From NCBI GenBank assembly GCA_963719225.1, contig CAVRAY010000002.1, positions 495,032 to 559,031 on the forward strand: a DNA stretch of 64,000 bases. Direction: 5' to 3'. Within the stretch, counting starts at the first letter, position 1, and each line of letters begins with the position of its first letter. Of the stretch, positions 28,279 to 38,298 are shown in pieces. Source of the DNA: Thermoanaerobaculia bacterium. GTDB taxonomy: Bacteria > Acidobacteriota > Thermoanaerobaculia > UBA5066. The notes under the pieces were generated by a model. It saw nothing but the letters and a program-made list of their open reading frames with translations, was not told where the DNA came from and made no database searches. A program made the position numbers and the translations under genes.

Positions 28279-28649
28279 GCGAGAGCAAGGAAGCCAGGAG
28301 GTCCGCCCGGCTCGAGAAAGCCGGCTGGAAGACGTCTACGGTCCAGGAGTTTCTCGGGCTCTCGGACGAAGACATGGCGGTCATCGAAGTGAAGCTGGCG
28401 CTCGCGAAGCGGCTCCGTACGCAGAGGGCGCGCGCGGGCCTGAGCCAGGTCGAGGTGGCGAAGATCGTCCGGTCCAGCCAACCGCGAGTCGCGAAGATGG
28501 AAGCGGCCGATAAGACCGTTTCGATCGATCTTCTGGTGAAGGCGCTTGTGAAGACCGGGGTCTCAGTTCAGGATATCGGCAGATCGCTCGAGAAGATCAC
28601 GAACGCGAAGGTGAAACCGAGACGCGGGCAACGTCTGGCCCACGCCTGA
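28275..28649 (+). CDS. higA: XRE-family HTH antitoxin (HigA-like)
   Basis: Track ORF. HTH is LSQVEVAKIVRSSQPRVAKMEAADKTVSIDLLVKAL. The ATGA overlaps the toxin stop. It is a paralogue of 52499..52810. Confidence 0.8.
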   Translation: MSESKEARRSARLEKAGWKTSTVQEFLGLSDEDMAVIEVKLALAKRLRTQRARAGLSQVEVAKIVRSSQPRVAKMEAADKTVSIDLLVKALVKTGVSVQDIGRSLEKITNAKVKPRRGQRLAHA

Positions 28650-28713
28650 AGGCCGGAATCGTTTGGCTACGTCGACACCGACTCAAGCTCGTTGAGCCTG
28701 GGCGGCCCTCCGG

Positions 28714-29176
28714 TTACGGCTCTTCCAACAGCTTTCGCAGTAAATCCGGCCGAGCGCGGAAACTCGTCTTCTGAAGATCCGCGACCACCTTAGGAAGGTC
28801 GACAAGCTTGCGGCGGCCCGCGTCAACAAGAACGCCAAGTGTGCCGCTCAAGTGAAGCCCGCGAAGCGACGCGACCGCCGGGAGCGAGGAGAAGGACATC
28901 TGGGTTCAACCGCTCGGCAAGAAGGATCGCGGAGCGCTCGCCTACGTGGAGACGAGCAAGCTCGGGCGGAGCGTTCGTGTCGTCCACCTCCGCCACCGTC
29001 AGCCAGTCAGGAGGCGTCGACATCCACCTCCGTATGGCCTCCGGGGCGCGCTTGTCGAGGAGTTCGTCTCGAACTTGCTCCGGAATCGAGATAGACGAGA
29101 ACGTCTTTGGCAGAAGCTCGGACTGCCCTATCAGAATCAGGTATCCGAGCGGAGATGTATCCGAGACGGCCTTCAC
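28714..29176 (-). pseudogene. DUF3368 PIN-like nuclease toxin, one frame break
   Basis: Track ORFs 28823..29176 (MKAVSDTSPLGYLILIGQSELLPKTF..) and 28714..28899 (..LRGLHLSGTLGVLVDAGRRKLV..) join across a break near 28870. Confidence 0.7.
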
Positions 29177-29439
29177 GAGGCCCGAAGGCGTCGAAGCACT
29201 TCAAGATCTCGGGTCAAATCTTCCTGGGTATAGTCGAGATGGACCATCGACCGCTTCAAGAAGGCTTCCGTGTCCCAGCGTGTCGACAGCCGCAGCAGTT
29301 CCTGAACCTCTGCCGCGGTGAGAGCACCGCCGCGGTAGGCCTCCACGGCAACGGCCTCGAGGGCCTTTCGAGGGACGTCGCCCCACTGCGCGCGAAGGCG
29401 CTGAACGAGGTCATCCGGGATGTCTATGGCGACTGTCAC
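29173..29439 (-). CDS. UPF0175-family antitoxin
   Basis: Track ORF: ALEAVAVEAYRGGALTAAEVQELLRLSTRWDTEAFLKR. It overlaps the DUF3368 start by 4 nt. Confidence 0.75.
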   Translation of the reverse strand: MTVAIDIPDDLVQRLRAQWGDVPRKALEAVAVEAYRGGALTAAEVQELLRLSTRWDTEAFLKRSMVHLDYTQEDLTRDLEVLRRLRAS

Positions 29440-29731
29440 GCGTGCGATTCTCCCTGCGGCTCTTCTCGAATCCGCCGGAATGAGTTTACAGGAAGGGTGA
29501 TCCGCCGGCCGGGGCCGGACGGCAGACCATGAGCAAGTCCGGTAGCCCGCCTCGACCTCGGTGGCTGCTTGTCAGCTGCCCCCCTGTCCCAGACACTCCC
29601 CGACACATCTCAGACACATCCGCTCCTCGAACCCTCCCCGGACATCGCCTGTCCCAGCGCCTTCTCAACCTTTGCATTCGGCGCTTTCCGCCACTTTTCG
29701 ACTGATGCATTTGCATTTTTCCCGACACTTC

Positions 29732-29750
29732 CCGGACACGCCGTGTCCGG
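29732..29750. promoter_or_regulatory. Inverted repeat CCGGACACG-C-CGTGTCCGG about 50 nt upstream of the WYL regulator (candidate autoregulatory operator)
   Basis: 9-bp perfect arms with a 1-nt spacer. The half-site core GACAC recurs at least five times between 29590 and 29740 (CAGACAC, CCGACAC, CAGACAC, CCGACAC, CGGACAC). Confidence 0.35.
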
Positions 29751-29801
29751 ATGCCCCGCCAAACGCGGTGGACGCGGAATTGCAAGGCTCCCGACCCGCC
29801 C

Positions 29802-30842
29802 ATGCCCTTCAACGACCGGCCCTACTTCCGTAGGCTCCTGGACTTCGACGACCTCGTGCGCCGCGGGCGCCCCGTCACGTGCGAGTCCCTCGCCGGGCGC
29901 TGGGAGACGTCCACGAAGACCGTCCAGCGCTTCGTCGACCAGATCCGCGCCGACTTCGACGCCCCCGTCGTCTTCGACCGCAGGAAGCGCTCCTTCCGCT
30001 ACGAGGACCCCGGCTGGCGCTTCCCGTTCCTCGACGTCTCCGGCGCCGACCTCTTCGCCATCGGCGTCGCCATGAAGGTCTTCCAGATCTACGACGGCAC
30101 GCCCGTCCTCAAGGACCTCAGGGCCACCTTCGACCGCATCGCGCGCCTCCTGCCGGAATCGGTCCGCGTCCAGCCGTCGTCTCTCGTGGAAAAGCTCTGG
30201 GTCCACCCGCAGCCCGTGCGCGCCATCGCGCGCGACGTGTGGGCCGCCACCGCCAACGCCCTGCGCGAGAAGACCCAGCTCGAGATCGACTACCGAAAGC
30301 CCACGGGCCTCTCCTCGCGCCGCCTCGTCGAGCCGCTCGTCCTCGCCCACATGAACTGGGACTGGTTCCTCGCCGCGCGCGACCCCGAGGACGGCGTCAT
30401 CAAGACCTTCTACCTGTCGCGTGTCCAAGGAGCCAAGAACACGAACTTCCACTTCACCCCGCCGAAGGACTTCGACGCCGCCACGCACTTCGGCGACTCC
30501 ATCGGCCTCTACGTCGGCGGCAAGCCCTTCCGCTTCAAGGTGCGCGTCGCGAAGGAGATCGCCCCCTGGATCACCGAGGTGCGCTGGCACCCCGCGCAGA
30601 AGCTCGAGACCCTGAAGAACGGCGACGTCGTCCTCGACCTCCCGGCCGGCTCCCTCATCGAAGCCAAGCGCTTCGTCCTGTCGCTGGGGAGGTTCGGGAA
30701 GGCGCTGGGGCCGAAGGAGCTGGTGGAGGAGATGAGGAACGAGGTGGAGGAACTGGACCGGATCTATCTCCAGAGGTTAACCAGGACAAATACACGCCGA
30801 CAGGCTGGAACTAGCCAGACATCGGCGGAGCAACCATGTTGA
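29802..30842 (+). CDS. WYL-domain transcriptional regulator (BrxR/CapW-like)
   Basis: Track ORF 29751..30842 trimmed to MPFNDRPYFRRLLDF. It has an N-terminal HTH (CESLAGRWETSTKTVQRFVDQIR), a WYL-like core (NWDWFLAARDPEDGVIKTFYLSRV) and a C-terminal extension. The last ~35 codons run into AT-richer foreign-looking DNA. Confidence 0.85.
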   Translation: MPFNDRPYFRRLLDFDDLVRRGRPVTCESLAGRWETSTKTVQRFVDQIRADFDAPVVFDRRKRSFRYEDPGWRFPFLDVSGADLFAIGVAMKVFQIYDGTPVLKDLRATFDRIARLLPESVRVQPSSLVEKLWVHPQPVRAIARDVWAATANALREKTQLEIDYRKPTGLSSRRLVEPLVLAHMNWDWFLAARDPEDGVIKTFYLSRVQGAKNTNFHFTPPKDFDAATHFGDSIGLYVGGKPFRFKVRVAKEIAPWITEVRWHPAQKLETLKNGDVVLDLPAGSLIEAKRFVLSLGRFGKALGPKELVEEMRNEVEELDRIYLQRLTRTNTRRQAGTSQTSAEQPC

Positions 30843-30962
30843 GCTTTTCGGCAGAGATGAGCCGGTGGCCGCGTCAATGCAGCCTGGGGCTTCATCTCGA
30901 AAGAGCCGGCCAAACGTTGACCGGCATTTGCAGTCTTGCCTTCCCTAAAGAAAGGTCGCTTC

Positions 30963-31622
30963 ATGAAACGCCCGTCGTTACTCGCCGCCCTCCTTCTTGC
31001 AGTCCCGTTTACGGGCTGCGCCTTTGGTAACCGCGACCTCAATCTAACGTATCCCCCGAATACGAAGGGCGCGTCCGCACAGCGCGCCTCTGCGGAGCCG
31101 CTTCCTACGGTAATGCTCATCGACTTCCTAGATCAACGTACCGAGAAGGCCGCGGTGGGAGCCATTCACAACGGGTTTGGAGCCCATACCGCGGACGCAA
31201 TTACTAAGAGTAACGTTGCTGATTGGGTAGTGAACGCGGTAACGCTCGAGCTTCAGGGTGCTGGCTTCAAGGTCGTTCGAGCACACTCTGTACCGAAGTA
31301 CTCAGAGAACTCCGTAATTACTGGAGAGGTCCTTACCGTCTATTGCAATATGTATTCCAAGTACGAGGGCAACGTGTCCTTCTCTATTAGTGTTAGATAC
31401 CAGGGGCGAGAGCTACTCCACAAGACGTATGACGGAAAAATCACTTACAAAAGCCATAGCACTAAATTCGGCCCGCAATTTGCCGAGGCTCTAAGCCAAT
31501 CGCTAGAGGGTGCCGCTAAGGCGTTTACCGCGGAGCTTAGTCGAGATCTGCCGGCGGCGACGATAAACCCAGACCTTACGTCTACCCCGAGTACCAGCTT
31601 TGTCCCTTTGGGGGGTAAGTAG
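30963..31622 (+). CDS. Lipoprotein, unknown function (YajG-like size and topology)
   Basis: Track ORF 30936..31622 trimmed to MKRPSLLAALLLAVPFTGC (lipobox). Codon usage is clearly AT-richer than the flanks. Confidence 0.7.
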   Translation: MKRPSLLAALLLAVPFTGCAFGNRDLNLTYPPNTKGASAQRASAEPLPTVMLIDFLDQRTEKAAVGAIHNGFGAHTADAITKSNVADWVVNAVTLELQGAGFKVVRAHSVPKYSENSVITGEVLTVYCNMYSKYEGNVSFSISVRYQGRELLHKTYDGKITYKSHSTKFGPQFAEALSQSLEGAAKAFTAELSRDLPAATINPDLTSTPSTSFVPLGGK

Positions 31623-31690
31623 AGGTTCTCTAACTGTTCGCGCCGCGCAGTCTTGTGTTGGCGGGGATGCCGCCTCCAGCCGCGGCGCGA

Positions 31691-31807
31691 CCACCGTTCC
31701 TGAAGGCTCTGTCGCTCGGTAGGTTCGGGAAGGCGTTGGGGCCGAAGGAGTTGGTGGAGGAGATGAGGGAGGAGATCAGCCAGATGAGGAAGGACGGCGG
31801 GGCATGA
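31691..31807 (+). pseudogene. Orphan 3' fragment of a WYL regulator gene
   Basis: Own translation gives ..PPFLKALSLGRFGKALGPKELVEEMREEISQMRKDGGA*. This duplicates VLSLGRFGKALGPKELVEEMR of the intact gene (30672-30738). The stop overlaps the next ATG (ATGA at 31804-31807). Confidence 0.7.
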
Positions 31808-32499
31808 AGCGGACGCCCAGGATTTATCTCGTAATGAGCAAGAGGGCGCGCCTCGCCTACGTAGGAAAGGGTGCGGACGGTCGAATCGATCATGAACACA
31901 GCGCGCCTTTCCAGCACGTCGTGCGACAGCGTGATGCGACGCAGTGGGAGTCCGCGCCGTTTTCCTCGGAGAAGGACGCTCTTATCGCTGAGGCGGCTGC
32001 GATTCGGATCCTCGGATGCGTCGGAACCAAAACGCGGCTACTCAATGTTCAGAAGTCTCATGAAAAGCGGTTCTTTCCGAGATACCCCATACCGTTTGTA
32101 GACGGCCGAGTCACGAAGGCCGCCCTTCCTCGAGAGATCGTCGTGACGCTTTGCCCCGACGTTCTCGAGGACGATCATCGCGCGGCACCCAATTCGCCGT
32201 GGAAGCCTGAGGAACTGGCCGAGCGCGCGAGAAAATTCTGGCGATTTCGGCCTTCGCGGGTGAAGGGATGGGTCACGGGAAAGGGCGCCCCCAATGTCCT
32301 CATTGCGGTGGCAAAGGCGAGCGCAAGGATTCTCGGTGCTTTCGAAATCGATAACACCGGCTGGCTCTCGGATCCGGAGAATCGGAAGGTATTCCGAGCG
32401 ATCCCGGCTGAAGAACCGCAACAAGCCGAACTTCAACGGTGTGCAGGGAATGGAATACATCGGAAATCGGCGAGGCGGAGCTGTGACATACGGCGTTGA
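31804..32499 (+). CDS. GIY-YIG-like nuclease-domain protein with uncharacterised C-terminal domain
   Basis: Track ORF. Spacing IY-x10-YVG-x6-R-x2-H-x-H, then E (EKDALIAEAAAIRIL) and N (LLNVQ), fits the GIY-YIG order. The C-terminal ~30 aa may be frame-shifted: the alternative frame reads ..RLKNRNKPNFNGVQGMEYIGNRRGGAVTYGVEVA* and ends at 32509. Confidence 0.5.
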   Translation: MKRTPRIYLVMSKRARLAYVGKGADGRIDHEHSAPFQHVVRQRDATQWESAPFSSEKDALIAEAAAIRILGCVGTKTRLLNVQKSHEKRFFPRYPIPFVDGRVTKAALPREIVVTLCPDVLEDDHRAAPNSPWKPEELAERARKFWRFRPSRVKGWVTGKGAPNVLIAVAKASARILGAFEIDNTGWLSDPENRKVFRAIPAEEPQQAELQRCAGNGIHRKSARRSCDIRR

Positions 32500-32590
32500 A
32501 GTAGCGTGACTTCGGTGATCGAAGCCAAGCGGGGCGGCATGAGGCCGGTTCCTTTGACCGCGCCCTCGTTCCGGCCTACGATTCGAGGTC

Positions 32591-32797
32591 ATGAGCGAAG
32601 TGATCTTCCTCGTGGAGGACGCGCTGGAAGGCGGCTACACGGCCAAGGCCGTGGGGGCGGCGATCTTCACGCAGGCGAAAGACCTCGATGAGCTCCAGGA
32701 GCGCGTGCGCGACGCGGTTCGTTGCCATTTCGATGATGGCTCAGCTCCGAAGCTCATTCGGTTGCACTTCGTCAAAGACGTCGTCATCGCCGCATGA
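32591..32797 (+). CDS. HicB-family antitoxin-like protein
   Basis: Track ORF: MSEVIFLVEDALEGGYTAKAVGAAIFTQAKDLDELQERVRDAVRCHFDD. Confidence 0.6.
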   Translation: MSEVIFLVEDALEGGYTAKAVGAAIFTQAKDLDELQERVRDAVRCHFDDGSAPKLIRLHFVKDVVIAA

Positions 32798-32848
32798 GGC
32801 TGCCGCGGGACTGTCTGGTCTCGATCTGGCGACGAGGCTCTTCTCCTA
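32794..32848 (+). pseudogene. Truncated hicA-like toxin remnant
   Basis: An ATGA overlap with the antitoxin stop. MRLPRD then (one frame over) LSGLDLATRLFS* resembles a HicA N-terminus (MKLPRDLSG..). It ends after ~18 codons, just before the nuclease-helicase gene. Confidence 0.4.
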
Positions 32849-32880
32849 GCGGACGTTGACTTGGTCGAGGGGCACCGCTA

Positions 32881-35800
32881 ATGCACCTCTCCTCCGGCCG
32901 CCTCACCCTCGCCGCCACCGACCTCGGTCGCTTCCTCGCGTGCCGGCATTCCACCGGCCTCGACATCGAGGTCGCGTTCGGCAGGCGCGCGAAGCCGCCG
33001 AAGTACCCGGACCCTTTCCTCGACCTCCTCATCCAGCGCGGTCTCGCCCACGAGAAGGACTACACGGGAAAGATCGAGAAGGGCGGCTCGCGCGTCCTCG
33101 ACCTCACCGGTCCCAGGGCGCCGACGCCGTCGCCGCACCATCGAAGCCATGAAGGCGGGGAAGCCCGCCATCGCACAGGGCGCGCTCGCGGCCGACGGCT
33201 GGTTCGGCCGGCCCGACTTCCTCCAGAAGGTCGGAGAAGCCGAGCGCCCTCGGCGCGTGGTCGTACGAGGCCTCGGACACGAAGCTCTCGCGCGAGACCC
33301 GCGGCTCGACCATCCTCCAGCTCTCCTTCTACTCCGAGCTCCTCGGCGCCGTGCAAGGCATCCAGCCCGAGTTCTTCCACGTCGTCACCCGCTTCGAGCG
33401 GAGCACTACCGCGTCGCCGACTTCGCCGCCTACTACCGCCTCGTCAAGCGGCGCCTCGAGGAAGCGGCCGCAGGCGACACCACGGCCCTCCTCTCCTCCA
33501 ACTACCCCGAGCCCGTCGACTACTGCGACGTCTGCCGCTGGGGCCAGCAGTGCGACGAGCGCCGGCACGCCGACGACCACCTCTCCCTCGTCGCCGGCAT
33601 CACGCGCCTCAACCGGCGCGAGTTCGAGGCGAACGACGTCAAGACGCTCGAGCGCCTCGGCGACCTCGTCCTCCCCATCCCCTTCAAGCCGGCCAAGTGC
33701 TCGAAGGAGTCGCTCGAGAAGGCGCAGGGCCAGGCCCGCATCCAGCTCGCGGGGCGCCGCGCCCATGCGCCCATCCACGAGCTGCTGCCCATCGAGGACG
33801 GCCGCGGCCTCGCTCTCCTGCCCGAGCCCTCGCCCGGCGACGTCTTCCTCGACCTCGAAGGCGACCATTTCGCCGCCGAAGGCCCGCGCGAGTACCTCTT
33901 CGGCATGACCGTCCTGGCCCGAAGGGCGAGACATCCCACCTCAGCCTCTGGGCCCACACCGACGCCGAAGAGAAAGCCGTCTTCGAGACGATCCTCGACC
34001 GCATCGGCGAGCTCTGGAAAGCCAACCCAGGGCTCCACGTCTACCACTACGCGCCCTACGAGCCCACCGCGTTCAAGAGGCTCATGGGCCGGCACGCCAC
34101 GCGCGCCCGCGAGCTCGACCGCATGCTGCGCGCCGAGCTGTTCGTCGACCTCCTGGCCGTCGTCAAGCAGGGCCTGAGGGCCAGCGTCGAGTCCTACTCC
34201 ATCAAGAAGCTCGAGGAGTTCTACGGCTTCACGCGCAAGGCCGACCTGCGCGACGCGGGCGCCGCCCGCCGGGCCGTCGAGTTCTCTCTCCAGACGGGCG
34301 ACCTCACCGTCCTCACCCCCGAGGTCAAACGCCTCGTCGCCCTCTACAACGAGGAAGACTGCGTCTCGGCCCTGCGCCTGCGCGACTGGCTCGAAACCCT
34401 GCGGCCCGACATCCCCCGGCCGCCGCGCAAGGACGGCGACGAGAGCGAGCAGCAGGAGCAGCGCAGCAAGGACGTCCAGGACGCGATGGACGCGCTCCTG
34501 AAGGGCGTGCCCGACGAGAAGACCGAGCGCACGAGCGAGCAGCACGCCCGCTGGCTCCTCGCCCACATGCTCGAGTTCCACCGCCGCGAAGACAAGGTCA
34601 CGTGGTGGGAGTTCTACCGGCTGCGCGACCTCACCGACGAAGACGACCTCCTCGACGAGCGCAAGGTGATCGCGGGAATGAGATTCCTGAAGAGGGTCGG
34701 AGGGACGAAGAAGTGCCCGATCGACCGATACACGTTTCCTTCGCAGGACATCGACGCCCGCGAAGACGACACGCTGAAGACCAGCGACGAAGGAACCCTC
34801 GGGCACATCGAAGCCATCGACCGCGACAAGCGCACCGTCGACATCAAGAAAACGCAGAAGAAGGCCGACGAGCACCCTTCGTGGGCATTCGTCCATTCCT
34901 ACATCTCCTCGAAGGAAATCGTCGCCTCCCTCATGAGCCTCGCCGCCGACATCGCGAAGAACGGCTTCACCCCGAAGTCCGCCGCCCGCGACCTCCTCCT
35001 CGGCAATCCCCCGCGCCTGAAGAAGGGCGCGTTCGGGCCGACGAAGGGCGAAGATCCGGTCGAATTCGCGAAGCGCACCGTCCTCTCCCTCGACCGCTCG
35101 CTCCTCGCCATCCAGGGCCCGCCCGGAGCGGGGAAGACCTACACCGGCGCGCGGATGATCGTCGCCTGCGTCGACGCGGGCCTCAAGGTCGGCATCACCG
35201 CCGTCAGCCACAAGGTCATCCGCAACCTCCTCGACGCCGTCCTCGAAGCCGCCCGCGAGATGAAGGTCTCCGTCCCGTGCGTCCAGAAGATCAAGACGGG
35301 CGCCGAGAAGTCCGACCCGCCCATCCCCGGCATCGTCGAAGTCACCGACAACGCCGGCGTCCTCGCCGCGCTCGACGACGGCTCCGCTCAGGTCGGCGCC
35401 GGCACGGCGTGGATGTGGTCGCGCGACGAGTACGCCGGCGCCGTCGACGTCCTCTTCGTGGACGAGGCCGGCCAGGCCTCCCTCGCCAACGTCCTCGCCA
35501 TGGCCCAGGCCGCGAAAAGCGTCGTCCTCCTCGGCGACCCGCAGCAGCTCGAGCAGCCGCAGCGCGGCACGCACCCCGAAGGCGTCGACGCCTCGGCCCT
35601 CGAGCACCTCCTCGCCGGCAGCAAGACCATGCCGAACGACCGCGGCATCTTCCTCGACAAGACGTGGCGCCTCCCGCCCGCCATCTGCGCCTTCACGTCC
35701 GAGCTGTTCTACGAAGGCCGCCTCGAATCGCGCCCCGAGCAGGAGAAGCAGAAGCTCTCCGGCGCGCCGCCCTACGAGGGCGCGGGGCTGTGGTTCGTGC

Positions 35801-36271
35801 CCGTCGAGCACGACGGCAACACGAACTCCTCCGCCGAGGAAGTGAAAGCCGTCGAGGCCATCGTCGAGACGCTCCTGAAGAAGGGCAGCCGCTGGACGAA
35901 CCAGAAGGGCGAGACGAAACAGGTCACGCCCGACGACATCCTCGTCGTCGCCCCCTTCAACGCGCAGGTCAACCGCCTGCAGGACGCGCTCGAACTCGAA
36001 GGGCATCCGCGTCGGCACGGTGGACAGGTTCCAGGGGCAGGAAGGCGCCATCGTCATCTACTCGATGGCCACTTCACGGCCCGAAGACGCGCCGCGAGGG
36101 ATGGAATTCCTCTACGATCTCAACCGCTTGAACGTCGCGACGTCGAGGGCCCGCTGTGCGTGCATTCTCGTGGCGTCGCCGCGCCTGCTCGAGCCTGACT
36201 GCAAGACGCCGAGGCAGATGCGGCTGGCGAATGCGATGTGCAGCTTTACCGAACGGAAGCGGGCTAGGTGA
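32881..36271 (+). pseudogene. RecB/Cas4-like nuclease + RNase-H-like + Upf1-like SF1 helicase giant protein (TM0106-type), about six frame breaks
   Basis: Pieces of track ORFs 32881..36198, 33149..34177, 33351..33908 and 36020..36271 join. Elements seen are N-terminus MHLSSGRLTLAATDLGRFLACRHS, Cys cluster CDVCRWGQQC, VFLDLEGD, Walker A GPPGAGKTYTG, Walker B VLFVDEAGQ, LLGDPQQL, VGTVDRFQGQEG and LNVATSRAR. Breaks lie near 33110, 33137, 33245, 33390, 33915 and 35990. Confidence 0.8.
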
Positions 36272-37855
36272 CAGCGATGAAGGCTGCTCACACCGGAGAG
36301 AAGGGTCGAATACCAGTCGTGGATCTATTTGCGGGCCCCGGGGGCTTGGCCGAAGGATTCTCCGCTTTCAGTGGTTCCACCGCTGGCCATCCATTTCGCG
36401 TAGCGCTTTCAATAGAAAAGAACGCGGATGCTCACGCGACGCTCGAGCTAAGGAGTTTCTTCCGGTCGTTTTCGAAGGGAGATGTCCCTGAGGCGTATTT
36501 CCAAGTTCTAAGGGGTGAGCTCGGAACGGAGCAACTCTACTCTGAGTTTCCACGGGAGGCGGCAAAGGCGAGGGCTGAGGCGTGGAAAGCGGAGCTTGGT
36601 GTGGAGAGTCGGCATGAACTCGGACGGCAGATCTCGGCAGCCGTTTCGGGGAATGAGCCGTGGGTGCTCGTCGGTGGGCCCCCCTGTCAGGCCTACTCCT
36701 TGGTCGGCAGATCCAGAAACCGCGGCACGAGGGGCTACGTCCCAGAACTCGACAAGCGACAAACACTCTACGTGGAGTACCTGCAGGTTCTGGCAGATCA
36801 CGCGCCCTCGGTCTTCGTGATGGAAAATGTTAAGGGCCTCTTGTCGGCACATCTTGAAGGCAATGCTCTTTTTGAAAGGATACGGGAAGATCTTGCTGCG
36901 CCTACCAAGGCATTGCGGCGCGAACGCCGGCCGACTTCTCGGCGGTCTGTGCGATATACCCTTTACGCCTTTTCTAGCTCTGGCTTGCCGGTCGGAACTC
37001 TTTAGGCGGGCTAGCGACTTCATTGTCCGATCGGAACACTTCGGAATACCGCAAGCCCGCCACAGGGTAATCATCCTGGGCGTCCGGGATGACCTGCGAG
37101 ATCCCTTTGCCAGCGGCACTCGTGCAAGTTGAATCAATACCTGTTTCGCGTGTTCTCTCTGGGCTTCCTAGGCTGCGAAGTCGCATTTCGGGTGGGACTG
37201 ACACAGGAATGCGCTGGAAGGATTCGCTGAAGAGCGCGAAAACCGCTCGTTGGGTAGCGGAACTGAGGTCGAGCGGGGACCGCGATGTTGCTAAAAGAGT
37301 CCTGTCAGCGCTTGATACGTTAACGATTCCGTCGGCCGAGAATGGCGCGGAATTTTTGGCCTGGCCGGCGCCACATATTGCCTATGGCCAGATTGGTATC
37401 TCAGGATTCGCGCGTCCGAGGTATCGCGAACCACACAGCGCGTTCACACATGACGGGAGACCTATATCGCTATCTCTTCTGTGCGTGCTACGCGGAGGTT
37501 AGGGGCCATTCGCCCGGTCTCTCCGAGTTTCCCGCCAAGTCTGCTGCCCGCACACAAGAATGTGAAGCGGGCACTTGCAGGTAGTCTGTTTTCTGACCGC
37601 TTTCGGGTTCAGTCTGCTGGGCGCCCGGCGACGACCGTAACGAGCCACATAGCCAAGGATGGCCATTACTTCATCCACTTCGATCCGACGCAATGTCGAA
37701 GTCTGACCGTGCGAGAAGCAGCCCGCCTGCAAACGTTCCCGGATAACTACTACTTCAGTGGAGGCAGGACCTCCCAGTACGTTCAGGTCGGCAACGCCGT
37801 TCCGCCTCTTCTCGCCCGGTCCTTAGCCGAAATCGTCTATGGAATCCTCAGGTAA
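36268..37855 (+). pseudogene. dcm: DNA (cytosine-5)-methyltransferase, about four frame breaks
   Basis: Motif [59 protein letters not shown] and [10 protein letters not shown] are spread over track ORFs 36268.., 36827.., 37089.., 37342.. and 37481... Breaks lie near 36985, 37105, 37385 and 37545. Confidence 0.85.
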
Positions 37856-37861
37856 AGGCAG

Positions 37862-38287
37862 ATGGATTCGCTAAGCCCTGAACGCCGCAGCTGGAACATG
37901 TCGCGAATCCGGAGTCGCAACTCGGGCCCGGAGGTCGCGGTGCGGTCGGCTTTACATCGGCTGGGTTTTCGGTTTCGACTTATCTCTAGAAGACTCCCTG
38001 GCCGACCGGACGTCGTGCTTACGAGGCACCGTATCGCGGTCTTCGTGCACGGCTGCTTTTGGCATCGCCATAAGGGTTGCCGCCTCGCGTATACGCCAGG
38101 CAGCAACAAGGCGTTCTGGGCAAAGAAGTTCCTCGAAAACGTGCGGCGGGATCGGGCGGTCCGCCAGCGGTTGGAGGCCTCGGGCTGGCACGTTCTCACA
38201 GTCTGGGAATGTGCCGTTCGGCGAACTTCTCCTGACTCCCTGCGAATCTACCTGGCCGGAAGGCTATTGAAACTGCGCATTCGCTGA
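37862..38287 (+). CDS. vsr: Very-short-patch repair endonuclease
   Basis: Track ORF, intact: RNSGPEVAVRSALHRLGFRFRL..GRPDVVL..IAVFVHGCFWHRHKGC..FWAKKFLENVRRD..GWHVLTVWEC. Confidence 0.9.
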   Translation: MDSLSPERRSWNMSRIRSRNSGPEVAVRSALHRLGFRFRLISRRLPGRPDVVLTRHRIAVFVHGCFWHRHKGCRLAYTPGSNKAFWAKKFLENVRRDRAVRQRLEASGWHVLTVWECAVRRTSPDSLRIYLAGRLLKLRIR

Positions 38288-38298
38288 AAGAGAGCCAC

